NCBI GenBank assembly: GCA_964474825.1
Contig: CAYYWQ010000001.1
Span: 357,609-421,608 of the forward strand
Direction of reading: 5' to 3'
Length of the DNA: 64,000 nt
DNA from: an uncultured Candidatus Saccharibacteria bacterium
GTDB taxonomy: Bacteria > Patescibacteriota > Doudnabacteria > UBA920
In this document: in pieces, positions 1 to 9,264 of the stretch
Layout: each line of letters opens with the position of its first letter
Position numbering within the stretch: position 1 is the first letter of the stretch
Notes under the pieces: generated by a model
Database searches by the model: none
Told to the model about the DNA's origin: nothing
Seen by the model: the letters and a program-made list of their open reading frames with translations, nothing else
Made by a program: the position numbers and the translations under genes

Positions 1-177
1 GTTATTTAAAGATCTGGGACGGAAACGTTCCGTTATACGGAACCCCAGGATTTAGCTTCGACGTAACGTCGGAGTTGAATCTTGGGGTTCTTTATATTTG
101 TAGGACAGATTTAAGATTTCAGATTTAGGATTGAAGTTTGGCAACTTAAATTCTTAATCATTAATCCTAAATAATTT

Positions 178-1932
178 ATGAACGACAACGCAGAAAAACT
201 ACACAACATTCGTCACTCACTAGCCCATTTATTTGCCGCGGCGCTTTTGGAATTACACCCAAATGCAAAAATTACAATCGGTCCTCCTATAGATGACGGT
301 TTTTATTATGACTTTGATTTAGATACCCAGTTGACTCCCTTGGATTTGCAAAAAATAGAAAAGCAAATGAAAAAGCTGCTTCAGAGTTGGGATACGTTTT
401 CCAGCCGCGAAGTCTCCCCTGCCGAAGCCAAGCAGTCTTGGGCGCATAACCCATATAAATTGGAGTTGATTGAGGAGCTAGAAAAAAAAGGCGAGAAAAT
501 TACTTTTTATAAAGCCGGAAAATTTGAAGATTTGTGCCGCGGCGGTCACGTGGAAAGCATGAGGGAAATTAAGCCGGATTCTTTTAAGCTGGCAAAAATT
601 GCCGGCGCGTATTGGCGTGGCAACGAGAAAAATAAAATGCTGCAGCGGGTTTATGGTTATGCTTTTGAATCCAAAGACAAGCTAGACGGGTATTTGCTTA
701 TGCTAGCAGAGGCGGAAAAGCGCGACCACAGGAAGCTGGGTCAGCAACTGGATTTATTTACAATTTCCGACCAGGTGGGGAAAGGCTTGCCCCTTTGGAC
801 ACCTAAAGGCGCTTTGCTGCGTAATTTATTAACAGAATATTCAGAAAATTTGCGCGCGCAAAAAGGCTGGCAAAGAGTTTGGAGCCCGCACATTACAAAA
901 AACGATTTATACAAAACTTCCGGGCACTGGGCCAAGTTTGGGGACGAATTATTTTTGGTAAAAAGCCAGGAGACAACCGACGAGTTGGTAATGAAGCCAA
1001 TGAACTGCCCGCACCACCAGCAAATTTATGCTTCTAAACCCCATAGCTACCGTGACTTGCCAATAAAATACATGGAAACCACAACAGTTTACCGCGACGA
1101 AAAAGCTGGGGAGCTTTTGGGTTTGTCCCGCGTGCGCAGCATTACCCAGGACGACAGCCATACTTTTTGCACGCCTGACCAAATAGAAAAAGTCTACCAG
1201 GAACTTATTGATGTTACCAAAGTTTTTTATTCCAAAATTGGAATGAAAATCCGTGCTCGGCTTTCTTTCAGGGACCCTCAAAACGGCGAAAAATATTTGG
1301 GTGAGGAGCATTTGTGGCAAAAGGCCCAGGACATACTTTTAAAAATTGCCCAAAAAAGCAAACTGGATTACTTTGTAGCCGAGGGTGAGGCGGCTTTTTA
1401 CGGACCAAAAATAGACTTTATGGCCACTGACGCTTTAGGACGCGAATGGCAATTAGCCACGCCGCAACTCGATTTTGTGCAGCCCAAACGTTTTGGTTTA
1501 GTTTACACAGACCACGACGGCAGCGAGCAAACACCGGTTATGATCCACTTTGCCCTAATGGGTTCTATTGAACGCTTTTTGTCTGTCTACATTGAACACA
1601 CTGCCGGAGCCTTCCCGCTGTGGCTTTCCCCCGTTCAAATAAAAATTCTGCCAATAAGTAAGAAGCAGAATGTGTATGCTAAGAAAGTGCAAAAAGAGCT
1701 CAGTGTCCAGTACCCAGTGCTCAGAATTGAACTTGATGACCGGGACGAAAGTGTGGGCAAAAAAATACGCGAAGCTTCAATGCAAAAAATCCCCTACCAG
1801 TTAATAGTTGGGGAAAAAGAAGTTAAAAGTAAAAAAGTGGCAGTCAGAACCCGAGAAGGGAAAGACCTAGGCGCAATTAGCTTAAAGAAATTTGCAGAAA
1901 AAATCCAGAAAGAAATTGAAAGTAAAAAATAG
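178..1932 (+). CDS. thrS: Threonyl-tRNA synthetase (class II), short form without an N-terminal TGS extension
   Basis: 584 aa. Class II aaRS core with ThrRS-type motifs (HxxxH zinc region, NCPHH, FRDxxxxE, C-terminal anticodon-binding domain). Reading seen in translation. Confidence 0.93.
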   Translation: MNDNAEKLHNIRHSLAHLFAAALLELHPNAKITIGPPIDDGFYYDFDLDTQLTPLDLQKIEKQMKKLLQSWDTFSSREVSPAEAKQSWAHNPYKLELIEELEKKGEKITFYKAGKFEDLCRGGHVESMREIKPDSFKLAKIAGAYWRGNEKNKMLQRVYGYAFESKDKLDGYLLMLAEAEKRDHRKLGQQLDLFTISDQVGKGLPLWTPKGALLRNLLTEYSENLRAQKGWQRVWSPHITKNDLYKTSGHWAKFGDELFLVKSQETTDELVMKPMNCPHHQQIYASKPHSYRDLPIKYMETTTVYRDEKAGELLGLSRVRSITQDDSHTFCTPDQIEKVYQELIDVTKVFYSKIGMKIRARLSFRDPQNGEKYLGEEHLWQKAQDILLKIAQKSKLDYFVAEGEAAFYGPKIDFMATDALGREWQLATPQLDFVQPKRFGLVYTDHDGSEQTPVMIHFALMGSIERFLSVYIEHTAGAFPLWLSPVQIKILPISKKQNVYAKKVQKELSVQYPVLRIELDDRDESVGKKIREASMQKIPYQLIVGEKEVKSKKVAVRTREGKDLGAISLKKFAEKIQKEIESKK

Positions 1933-1971
1933 AAGCAGGTATAAAGTATTTTGTATCGTGTATTATGTATG

Positions 1972-2004
1972 AAAAATTCCCAAGCATTGCTTGGGAATTT
2001 TTTT
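1972..2004. terminator. Bidirectional intrinsic terminator between thrS (+) and map (-)
   Basis: AAAAA TTCCCAAGC ATTG CTTGGGAA TTTTTTT, embedded in GTATAAAGTA / TACTTTATAC inverted flanks. Confidence 0.7.
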
Positions 2005-2014
2005 ATACTTTATA

Positions 2015-2782
2015 CTAAGTAAGTATTTTCGCCCCATTCTTAGTAACTGCCACTGTGTGTTCAAAATGCGCGGCTAGCCCTCCGTCCTTTGTGGAAATAG
2101 TCCAGCCGTCGTTTTCAAATTCCAAAAAATAGTCGTGTTCGCAGACCATGGGTTCTATGGCAATGACCATGCCTTCGCGAAGTATGGTTCCGGTACCTTT
2201 TTTGCCGTAGCAAGGAACCGAAGGGTCTTCATGTACTGCGTACCCTACTCCGTGTCCTACAAGGTCACGCACAACGCTAAAGCCCCCGGCCTCAATAGTG
2301 CTTTGCATAACAAAACCCAAATCCCCTGTCTTGGCGCCATCCCTCACTTCTTTTATGGCAGCGTCCAAAGATTTTTTTGTAACTTCCATAAGCTTTTTGG
2401 CTTTACCTGACACCGCACCTACTGGCACAGTTATGGCCGTGTCTGTGTACAAACCTTTATAGACCATGCCAATATCCAGGCTAATAATATCCCCGCCTTT
2501 TAAAATAATTTCCCGCGAAGGTATGCCGTGTACAACAACAGAATTTACAGAGGTGCATAGACCGGCCGGAAAAGGATTTTTCTTTTGACCGTAACCTTTA
2601 AAGCTTGGTATTCCGCCAATTTTTTTTATTTCCGCTTCCGCAAATTCGTTTAGGTTCCATGTAGAAATACCGGGCTTAACCAGCCCGGCTGTTGCCCATA
2701 AAATATTGTGAATTAGCTTTCCGCCCTCCCCAATAATTTCAATTTCTTCTTGGGTTTTAATTAAGCCTGTTTTGGAACTCAT
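2015..2782 (-). CDS. map: Methionine aminopeptidase type I
   Basis: 255 aa. Pita-bread fold motifs: GHGVG, metal-ligand D/D/H/E/E pattern, VxHGIP. Confidence 0.9.
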   Translation of the reverse strand: MSSKTGLIKTQEEIEIIGEGGKLIHNILWATAGLVKPGISTWNLNEFAEAEIKKIGGIPSFKGYGQKKNPFPAGLCTSVNSVVVHGIPSREIILKGGDIISLDIGMVYKGLYTDTAITVPVGAVSGKAKKLMEVTKKSLDAAIKEVRDGAKTGDLGFVMQSTIEAGGFSVVRDLVGHGVGYAVHEDPSVPCYGKKGTGTILREGMVIAIEPMVCEHDYFLEFENDGWTISTKDGGLAAHFEHTVAVTKNGAKILT

Positions 2783-3374
2783 TGAGCTTTATATTTAATC
2801 TTTTTCTGGCTTCCGCAATGGTGCCCATTGTGGAAATATTTATAAAGGGGTAGGATTTTTTAAAAAATTTAACAACTTGGCTAATATTTTTTTGGTAATA
2901 AGCAATGCGGTTTTTTAAAGCCTTGTCGTTGTCGTCCGGACGTTTGGAAAATTTTCCTTTAAAATAAGTTTTCCGCTCAGTCATTCTTTTAATAGTTTCT
3001 TTTAGCGGAATAGACAAATATATAAAAAGAATATTGTCCCGCTTTTCCTGCTTAAGCCATTTGCTGACCAGCTTAGCTTCACCAAGCATTTTAGGAGTGC
3101 CGTCAAACAAAATTCCCTGCGTTTTTTTTATACCGTGAATTTTGTCTCTCAAAAGTGTTCTTACTAAATTGGTAGGGGTGAGCTTGCCGCTGTCTAGAGT
3201 TTTGTCTAACCTGTATTTTTTACGTAAAACCGGGTTATGCTCAAGCGCGCGCAGTTCCTTGCCCATGTCTAAATCGTAAAGCTTAAACTTTTTGGTCAAA
3301 AATTTCCCGTGAGTGGCTTTTCCGGCCGCCGGATCGCCTAGTAAAATTATATTTAGAGGCGAAAGTTTTTTCAT
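2757..3374 (-). CDS. Adenylate-kinase-family NMP kinase paralog (divergent P-loop GDPAAGKAT)
   Basis: 205 aa. GxxxxGK[ST] Walker A and NMP-binding-like segment (FDGTPK). Sits in tandem with the canonical adk and overlaps the map start by 26 nt. Confidence 0.5.
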   Translation of the reverse strand: MKKLSPLNIILLGDPAAGKATHGKFLTKKFKLYDLDMGKELRALEHNPVLRKKYRLDKTLDSGKLTPTNLVRTLLRDKIHGIKKTQGILFDGTPKMLGEAKLVSKWLKQEKRDNILFIYLSIPLKETIKRMTERKTYFKGKFSKRPDDNDKALKNRIAYYQKNISQVVKFFKKSYPFINISTMGTIAEARKRLNIKLNEFQNRLN

Positions 3375-3381
3375 TAGAAAA

Positions 3382-3954
3382 TTATAATCCTAAAGTTTGG
3401 TTAATTGTTCCTGTTACTTCTTCTACGGCGGGACTACCGTCAATTTCAAAGAAATTGGTTTGCTGTTTTAGGTAATCTAAAACAGGCAAAGTATCTTGCT
3501 CGTATTGCTTTAGTCGGAATTCAATTTTTTCCGGGGTGTCGTCTGCGCGGCCTTCTTTTTGGGCGCGGAGCGACAAACGATTTAAAGATTCCTGCCTTGG
3601 TAAATTGACAAATAAAGTTACGAAATCAGCCCTCCCCTGACCTTTTAAGTAATTCATTAAAAATTCGGCCTGTCCTAAACGCCTGGGGATGCCGTCAAAA
3701 ATTACGCCTTGAGTTGGCGAAATTTGGTTTATTTTAAATTGAACTACCTCGTATAAGTCTTCGTCTTTTAGTAAGATTCCCGAATCTATCAAGGCTTTTA
3801 TTTTTTTACCCAGTTCATTGTCGCCTGAAGCGACTTCACGCAAAATTGCGCCCATGTCCCAGTGAAAGAAGTTTAACTTTTTTGCCAAAAGCTTGGCTTG
3901 TGTCCCTTTGCCGCTGCCCTGGGGGCCTATAAAAAATATTGTATTAAGGTTCAT
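3382..3954 (-). CDS. adk: Adenylate kinase (short form)
   Basis: 190 aa. GPQGSGKGTQ P-loop, DMGAILR, VIFDGIPRRLGQAE NMP-binding motifs. Confidence 0.85.
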   Translation of the reverse strand: MNLNTIFFIGPQGSGKGTQAKLLAKKLNFFHWDMGAILREVASGDNELGKKIKALIDSGILLKDEDLYEVVQFKINQISPTQGVIFDGIPRRLGQAEFLMNYLKGQGRADFVTLFVNLPRQESLNRLSLRAQKEGRADDTPEKIEFRLKQYEQDTLPVLDYLKQQTNFFEIDGSPAVEEVTGTINQTLGL

Positions 3955-4152
3955 AATACGGTTATAATAACGAAATTTTGGTTATTTTGCAAGTTTATGA
4001 TATAATAATTAAAATTTTTTAATCGAACGAAATAAAAACTGCGCGGAACCCCACGAAAATTTTTTAGGGGCTTTCTAAGTCTATATTAAAAACGAAATCG
4101 GCTTTTTTCTTAAAATTTTGATTAAAATAAAACAAAAATTTTTGGTGGGTGA

Positions 4153-5856
4153 ATGAACGGAATTTTTCTTGAGTTAACAATGGTTTTAATTATGGCCGGC
4201 GCCATGGCGGTACTGGTTAGCTTTTTAAAGCAGCCCGGAATTATTGCCTACATAATTACGGGACTAATAATAGGTCCCCTTGGCTATTATAACCTCCAGG
4301 ACAAGCATGTTTTTGACGCGCTGGCGCAAATCGGCATTACCTTGCTTCTGTTTATGGTGGGGCTGGAATTAGATGTTACTCAGCTTAAAAAAATGGGGCG
4401 CGCTGCACTGCTTACTGGACTGGGTCAGGTTGTATTTACCACAGGTATTGGTTTTCTAATTTTACGGCTTTTAAATTTCAATTTAGGAGCCTCACTTTTA
4501 ATTGCCCCGGCCATAACTTTTTCTTCAACAATAATAGTTGTAAAGCTTTTGGCTGAAAAGAAGGATATACAGAGTTTGTATGGGAAAATTGTGGTAGGTA
4601 TTTTCCTTACTCAGGATTTAGTGGCAATTTTAATTTTAGTTGGCCTTTCCAGTTTTGCACCAACCAGCACCTCTGTTTATTCCGGAATTCCGATTTGGCA
4701 GAACTTAATGATGATTTTTATTCGCGCTTTAATTTTGGTGCTGTTGGTGTGGTGGGCCAGCGCGAAAGTTTTCCCAAAAATTTTAAAAATTATTGGCAGG
4801 TCGGACGAACTTTTATTGGTTTTTGGGCTAGCGTGGGCCTTGGGACTAGCTGCTTTTGTTTCCCTGCCGGTTATGGGGTTTACTTTGGAAATTGGCGGTT
4901 TCTTAGCGGGCTTAGCTCTGGCGCAAAGCGCGGTGCATTACGAAATTTCCGCGCGAATTAAGTCCTTGCGGGATTTTTTTATTATTATATTTTTTATTGT
5001 AATGGGCTCGCAGCTTGTATTTACTAATGCTTCGGGCTTGGTTTGGCCGGTAATAATTGTGTCCCTGTTTGTTTTAATTGGCAAGCCATTAATAGTTATG
5101 GGTGTGTTGGCTATGCTTGGTTACAAACCGCGTACCGGACTTTTGGCCGGAGTAACTGTTGGGCAGATTTCGGAATTCAGCTTAATTTTAGGCGCTCTGG
5201 GTTACAAGCTGGGCTTTATTAACTCCTCACAACTTGGGTTGCTTACTCTTATTGGGATAGTATCTTTTTCCCTGTCTTCATACAGCATTTTGTATTCCAA
5301 CAAACTATACGAAATTTTGAGGCCAGTTCTACAAATTTTTGATTTTAGGAAAGGGGTGGCCGAAAGGGGTTTGCACAACATAGTTTTAAAAAACCATATT
5401 GTCCTAATTGGCGCGCATCGCATGGGGCACCATTTGGTTGAGGCCTTGGTTAAACAAGATAAGCAATTTGTGCTGGTGGATTTTAATCCGGAAATTATTG
5501 AAGGTTTTAAGGAACAAAATATTCTGGCGGTTTGCGGCGACATAAGCGACCCTTACATTCAGGAACAGGTTAACTTACCACACGCCAAAATTATTATTTC
5601 CACAGTTCCCGACATTAACGACAACTTGGCTTTAATAGACGCGGTAAAAAAGCAGGCCGGTAAACGCAGGCCCAAATTAATATTTATGGCGCAGGATGAG
5701 TCGGAAATTAAACACCTATATGATCAGGATATTGACTATGTTATTTCCCCCCACTTTATGGGAGGCCTTCACCTGGCAAAAATTTTGCAAGACGAACACG
5801 GTTTTAAAGGCCTAAAAAAACTCCGCGAAGGGCATTTGAAAATTTTAAGCCAATAA
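4153..5856 (+). CDS. Monovalent cation:proton antiporter (CPA2/Kef-type) with C-terminal TrkA-N (RCK) domain
   Basis: 567 aa. About 12 TM segments, then a Rossmann-like segment (IVLIGAHRMGHHLVEAL...VLVDFNP). Confidence 0.8.
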   Translation: MNGIFLELTMVLIMAGAMAVLVSFLKQPGIIAYIITGLIIGPLGYYNLQDKHVFDALAQIGITLLLFMVGLELDVTQLKKMGRAALLTGLGQVVFTTGIGFLILRLLNFNLGASLLIAPAITFSSTIIVVKLLAEKKDIQSLYGKIVVGIFLTQDLVAILILVGLSSFAPTSTSVYSGIPIWQNLMMIFIRALILVLLVWWASAKVFPKILKIIGRSDELLLVFGLAWALGLAAFVSLPVMGFTLEIGGFLAGLALAQSAVHYEISARIKSLRDFFIIIFFIVMGSQLVFTNASGLVWPVIIVSLFVLIGKPLIVMGVLAMLGYKPRTGLLAGVTVGQISEFSLILGALGYKLGFINSSQLGLLTLIGIVSFSLSSYSILYSNKLYEILRPVLQIFDFRKGVAERGLHNIVLKNHIVLIGAHRMGHHLVEALVKQDKQFVLVDFNPEIIEGFKEQNILAVCGDISDPYIQEQVNLPHAKIIISTVPDINDNLALIDAVKKQAGKRRPKLIFMAQDESEIKHLYDQDIDYVISPHFMGGLHLAKILQDEHGFKGLKKLREGHLKILSQ

Positions 5857-5867
5857 AGAATGTTATT

Positions 5868-6296
5868 TTATTTTTTTCGTTTTATCGAATTGGCTTTTTG
5901 ATTTTCTAACAAGTAAAAATAGCATTTCTTCAATTCGGAAAAGATTGTATCAGTTAACTCTCCTTCCCTTCCGGAATAACTAACTATAATGCCATTTCTT
6001 TCCGTCGCATTGTGCCTTATTATTTCTATTACCGGCTGAATAAAATTTCTTTTTCGTGCATACTCGTCGGTCTTCAAAAGATTGATTGTTGCAAAAATTT
6101 GTCCAGCTCCTATTACCTTTAGGGTGGATAATTTTTGGTGGGGGTCCTCAACAACAATTTTTTCGATTATTTTGGTATTAGTTTCCAAGCTAAGCTTTTC
6201 CACAGCGCTGTTAAGATCGGCTTGCACCTGTCTGATCCTTTGTTCCGGCAAATGGTCGTGCATTTGGCGAAGATCGGGTCCCTTAAAGTAGTTCAT
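5868..6296 (-). CDS. Hypothetical protein
   Basis: 142 aa ORF with no recognisable motif. Confidence 0.3.
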   Translation of the reverse strand: MNYFKGPDLRQMHDHLPEQRIRQVQADLNSAVEKLSLETNTKIIEKIVVEDPHQKLSTLKVIGAGQIFATINLLKTDEYARKRNFIQPVIEIIRHNATERNGIIVSYSGREGELTDTIFSELKKCYFYLLENQKANSIKRKK

Positions 6297-6334
6297 ATAA
6301 GTTTGCTTTAAACCTAAATTATTTATACACTATA

Positions 6335-7657
6335 TTGTATATGCTGAAATTATACAACACATTGAGTAGAAAAATCGAGGAGGTTCCTAAAAAGAACCAC
6401 TTAAACCTTTATACTTGCGGCCCCACTGTCTATAATTACGCGCATATTGGCAATTTGCGCAGTTTTATAATGGCGGATTTGCTTTACCGTACACTCAAGT
6501 TTGAAGGCTATAACCCCAAATGGGTAATGAACATTACAGACATAGACGACAAGACTATAAAAGGGACGCTGGCAGAATTTGGTAAGACGTCCGGAGTTAA
6601 GGAGCTTTATGATTTTACGGAAAAATATCTGCGAGCTTTTGTTGCTGACTTAAAGGAAGTGAATGTTTTGGTAAATGAAATTGAGCTAATTCGTGTTACC
6701 GATAAAATGTCGGAAATTCAGGAATTTATTGTTGGGCTTTTGGACAAAGGCTATGCCTATAAAGCCGATGACGGTGTTTATTTTAGTATTGAAAAATATC
6801 AAAAAGATTTTGGCGATTACGGCCAGTTGGTTGGTGAAAAATTTTTAGAAGGAAAAAAAGTCGGCGCAAGAGTTGCTGTGGATGAATATGAAAAAGATAA
6901 CCTAAGCGACTTTGTGCTTTGGAAAAATCATAATCCGGAAACGGACGGTAATATTTTTTGGGATCATCCCCTGCTAGGCAAAGGCCGGCCTGGCTGGCAT
7001 ATTGAATGTTCTGTTATTAATCATGTTGCCTTTAAGGGGGAGGCCACCGACATTCACACCGGTGGCGTGGATTTAATGTTTCCCCATCATGCCAATGAAA
7101 TAGCACAGTCGCAGGCGTTTTTGGGTAGGGGGAATTTTGTTAAGTACTGGTTTCATTCCGAGCATCTGCTTGTAGACGGAAAAAAAATGTCTAAAAGTTC
7201 TGGAAATTTTTATACGTTGAAAGATTTAGTTAGGAAAGGATTTTCCGCGCAAGATTTTCGCTACGCTATGTTCGCCTCTTCTTACCGGGCGCAACAAAAT
7301 TTTACCTGGGAAAATTTGCTTTCAGTCCATACTGCTTTGGAAAAGTTTTTAGCATTCCCTTCAGGGGCGGTTCCGGACGAAGTTATAAATATTTTTAATG
7401 AAGATTTAAATATTCCGGAAGCACTAGGACTTCTTTGGGGTCATAAAATTAGTAATTCTGATTTGCTCGGCATTAAACCCAATGAAGCGGCAGCGGTCCC
7501 TGGTAACGTAACCGCTATTTTGGCATTGCGCCAAGCAGCCAAGGACCAGAAAGACTTTGATAAATCTGACGATTTTAGGAAGCAAATAGAAGAGCTGGGA
7601 TATGAGGTAATGGACACGCCTGAGGGGCAAAAAGTCCGAAAAAAGTTAAGTATTTAA
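6335..7657 (+). CDS. cysS: Cysteinyl-tRNA synthetase
   Basis: 440 aa. HIGH-type motif (AHIGNLRS), KMSKS, zinc-binding Cys/His positions. Confidence 0.93.
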   Translation: MYMLKLYNTLSRKIEEVPKKNHLNLYTCGPTVYNYAHIGNLRSFIMADLLYRTLKFEGYNPKWVMNITDIDDKTIKGTLAEFGKTSGVKELYDFTEKYLRAFVADLKEVNVLVNEIELIRVTDKMSEIQEFIVGLLDKGYAYKADDGVYFSIEKYQKDFGDYGQLVGEKFLEGKKVGARVAVDEYEKDNLSDFVLWKNHNPETDGNIFWDHPLLGKGRPGWHIECSVINHVAFKGEATDIHTGGVDLMFPHHANEIAQSQAFLGRGNFVKYWFHSEHLLVDGKKMSKSSGNFYTLKDLVRKGFSAQDFRYAMFASSYRAQQNFTWENLLSVHTALEKFLAFPSGAVPDEVINIFNEDLNIPEALGLLWGHKISNSDLLGIKPNEAAAVPGNVTAILALRQAAKDQKDFDKSDDFRKQIEELGYEVMDTPEGQKVRKKLSI

Positions 7658-7711
7658 ACTAGTCCTAGAGAGCGCGGGTTGTTATCCCCTATCTTTCCCC
7701 ATACAGTACAC

Positions 7712-7738
7712 AAAAAGCCCTAAATAAGGGCTTTTTTA
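7712..7738. terminator. Intrinsic terminator hairpin after cysS (AAGCCCTAAATAAGGGCTTTTTT)
   Basis: 7-bp GC stem, short loop, U-tract. Confidence 0.6.
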
Positions 7739-7742
7739 GCTC

Positions 7743-7771
7743 TTGGAGGGGTAAGGGTTTGGTAGTATAAT
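7743..7771 (+). promoter_or_regulatory. Sigma70-like promoter for dnaB (TTGGAG, 17 nt spacer, TATAAT)
   Basis: Near-consensus -35/-10 with a 17-nt spacer, about 35 nt upstream of the dnaB start. Confidence 0.5.
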
Positions 7772-7805
7772 AAATAAGCCCAAAGCTAATCAACATGAAA
7801 GAAAA

Positions 7806-9191
7806 ATGGATAATTCAACCATAGTACGAACTCCGCCGCAGAATTTAGAGGCCGAAATTTCAGTCTTGGGGTCACTTATGCTGGACCGCGACGCGATTAT
7901 TAAAATCGCGGATTTAATAATCGCGGACGATTTTTACGAGGCCAAACATAAAACTATTTATGAGGCCATAATTACGCTTTACTCCAAAAATATTTCCATA
8001 GACGTTCTAACCGTTACAAATATTTTAGAAGAAAGGAAACAGCTGGATTTTGTGGGGGGCAGCAGTTATTTAACAACTTTAGCCAGCGCTGTGCCTTCCG
8101 CCGGTAACGTTGTACACTACGCGGGAATAGTTAGAAAAAAAGGCACGCTCCGCCGGCTTATTGGGACAGCCGGGGAAATTACCAGTTTGGCTTTTACCGA
8201 AAGCAACGACATAGAAGACATTTTAGATCAGGCAGAACAAAAATTATTCGGTGTTTCCCAAAAACATTTAAAGCAGAATTTTATTCCAATTAACTCGGTA
8301 CTGACCGCGACTTTTGAACGTATTGATGAGCTGCATAGAGACCAGGGAAAGCTCAGGGGCTTGGCTAGCGGGTTTGTAGATTTAGACCAAAAACTTGGAG
8401 GGCTGCAGAAATCTGACCTTATTATTTTGGCTGCCCGTCCTTCCATGGGGAAAACTTCCCTTGCGTTGGACATTATTCGCCATGTCGGCGTGAACTTAAA
8501 AGTGCCGGTGGGAATTTTTTCTTTGGAAATGAGCAAAGACCAATTGGTAGACCGCTTACTTTCCTCCCAGAGCGAGGTTAACTTATGGAAAATCCGTACA
8601 GGACACTTGAACGACGAAGATTTTGAAAAAATTGGTGAAGCTATGGGTGTTCTTTCCGAGGCTCCCATTTTTATTGACGACGCGGCCGGAAGCAATGTTA
8701 TGGAAGTCAGGACCAAAGCCCGCAGGCTTCATGCTGAGCACAACGTGGGTTTAATTGTGGTTGACTACTTACAGTTAATGAGCGGCCGCAGTACCGATAA
8801 CCGCGTCCAGGAAGTCAGCGAAATTTCCAGGTCCTTAAAAATTCTTGCACGTGAACTAAACGTGCCGGTTATTGCTTTGTCCCAGCTGTCCCGTTTGGTG
8901 GAAAACAGGCCGGACAAAGTCCCTCAGTTGTCCGATTTGCGTGAATCCGGGTCCATTGAGCAAGACGCGGACGTGGTAATGTTTATTTACCGCGAAGATA
9001 TGTATAAAGGTAAGGAATCCCACCGCCCTAACATTGCGGAAATCTACATTAAAAAACATCGTAACGGCCCTACCGGCCAGGTGGACTTGTTCTTTGAAGC
9101 CGAAAAAGCCAGCTTTAAGAATTTGGATAAAACTTTTGACGTTAGCCCCCAGACGGTTATGGCCGCCGTTGCGCCAGAGGAAACAGAATAA
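7806..9191 (+). CDS. dnaB: Replicative DNA helicase DnaB
   Basis: 461 aa. N-terminal DnaB domain, Walker A ARPSMGKTS, RecA-like motifs. Confidence 0.95.
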   Translation: MDNSTIVRTPPQNLEAEISVLGSLMLDRDAIIKIADLIIADDFYEAKHKTIYEAIITLYSKNISIDVLTVTNILEERKQLDFVGGSSYLTTLASAVPSAGNVVHYAGIVRKKGTLRRLIGTAGEITSLAFTESNDIEDILDQAEQKLFGVSQKHLKQNFIPINSVLTATFERIDELHRDQGKLRGLASGFVDLDQKLGGLQKSDLIILAARPSMGKTSLALDIIRHVGVNLKVPVGIFSLEMSKDQLVDRLLSSQSEVNLWKIRTGHLNDEDFEKIGEAMGVLSEAPIFIDDAAGSNVMEVRTKARRLHAEHNVGLIVVDYLQLMSGRSTDNRVQEVSEISRSLKILARELNVPVIALSQLSRLVENRPDKVPQLSDLRESGSIEQDADVVMFIYREDMYKGKESHRPNIAEIYIKKHRNGPTGQVDLFFEAEKASFKNLDKTFDVSPQTVMAAVAPEETE

Positions 9192-9264
9192 AAGAGTGGT
9201 TAGTGAGTAGTGGTCAGTGGATAGTAACTAACCACTAAACACTATCCACTAGTCACTAAATCCC

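Noticed and set aside
1-177. T-box riboswitch upstream of thrS
   Set aside because: There is no T-box consensus and no GGTGG specifier-loop context, only generic hairpins.
741-1320. Antisense ORFs (64 and 123 aa) inside thrS
   Set aside because: They are fully embedded in the opposite strand of a confidently identified aaRS gene. They have no RBS and their composition is an artefact of the coding strand.
2135-2410. 91-aa ORF antisense to map
   Set aside because: Embedded in the methionine aminopeptidase gene. The same reasoning applies to similar shadow ORFs, e.g. 3405-3608, 4695-4961, 8228-8716, 22162-22728, 25469-25913, 32074-33600, 48062-49631 and 59795-60136.
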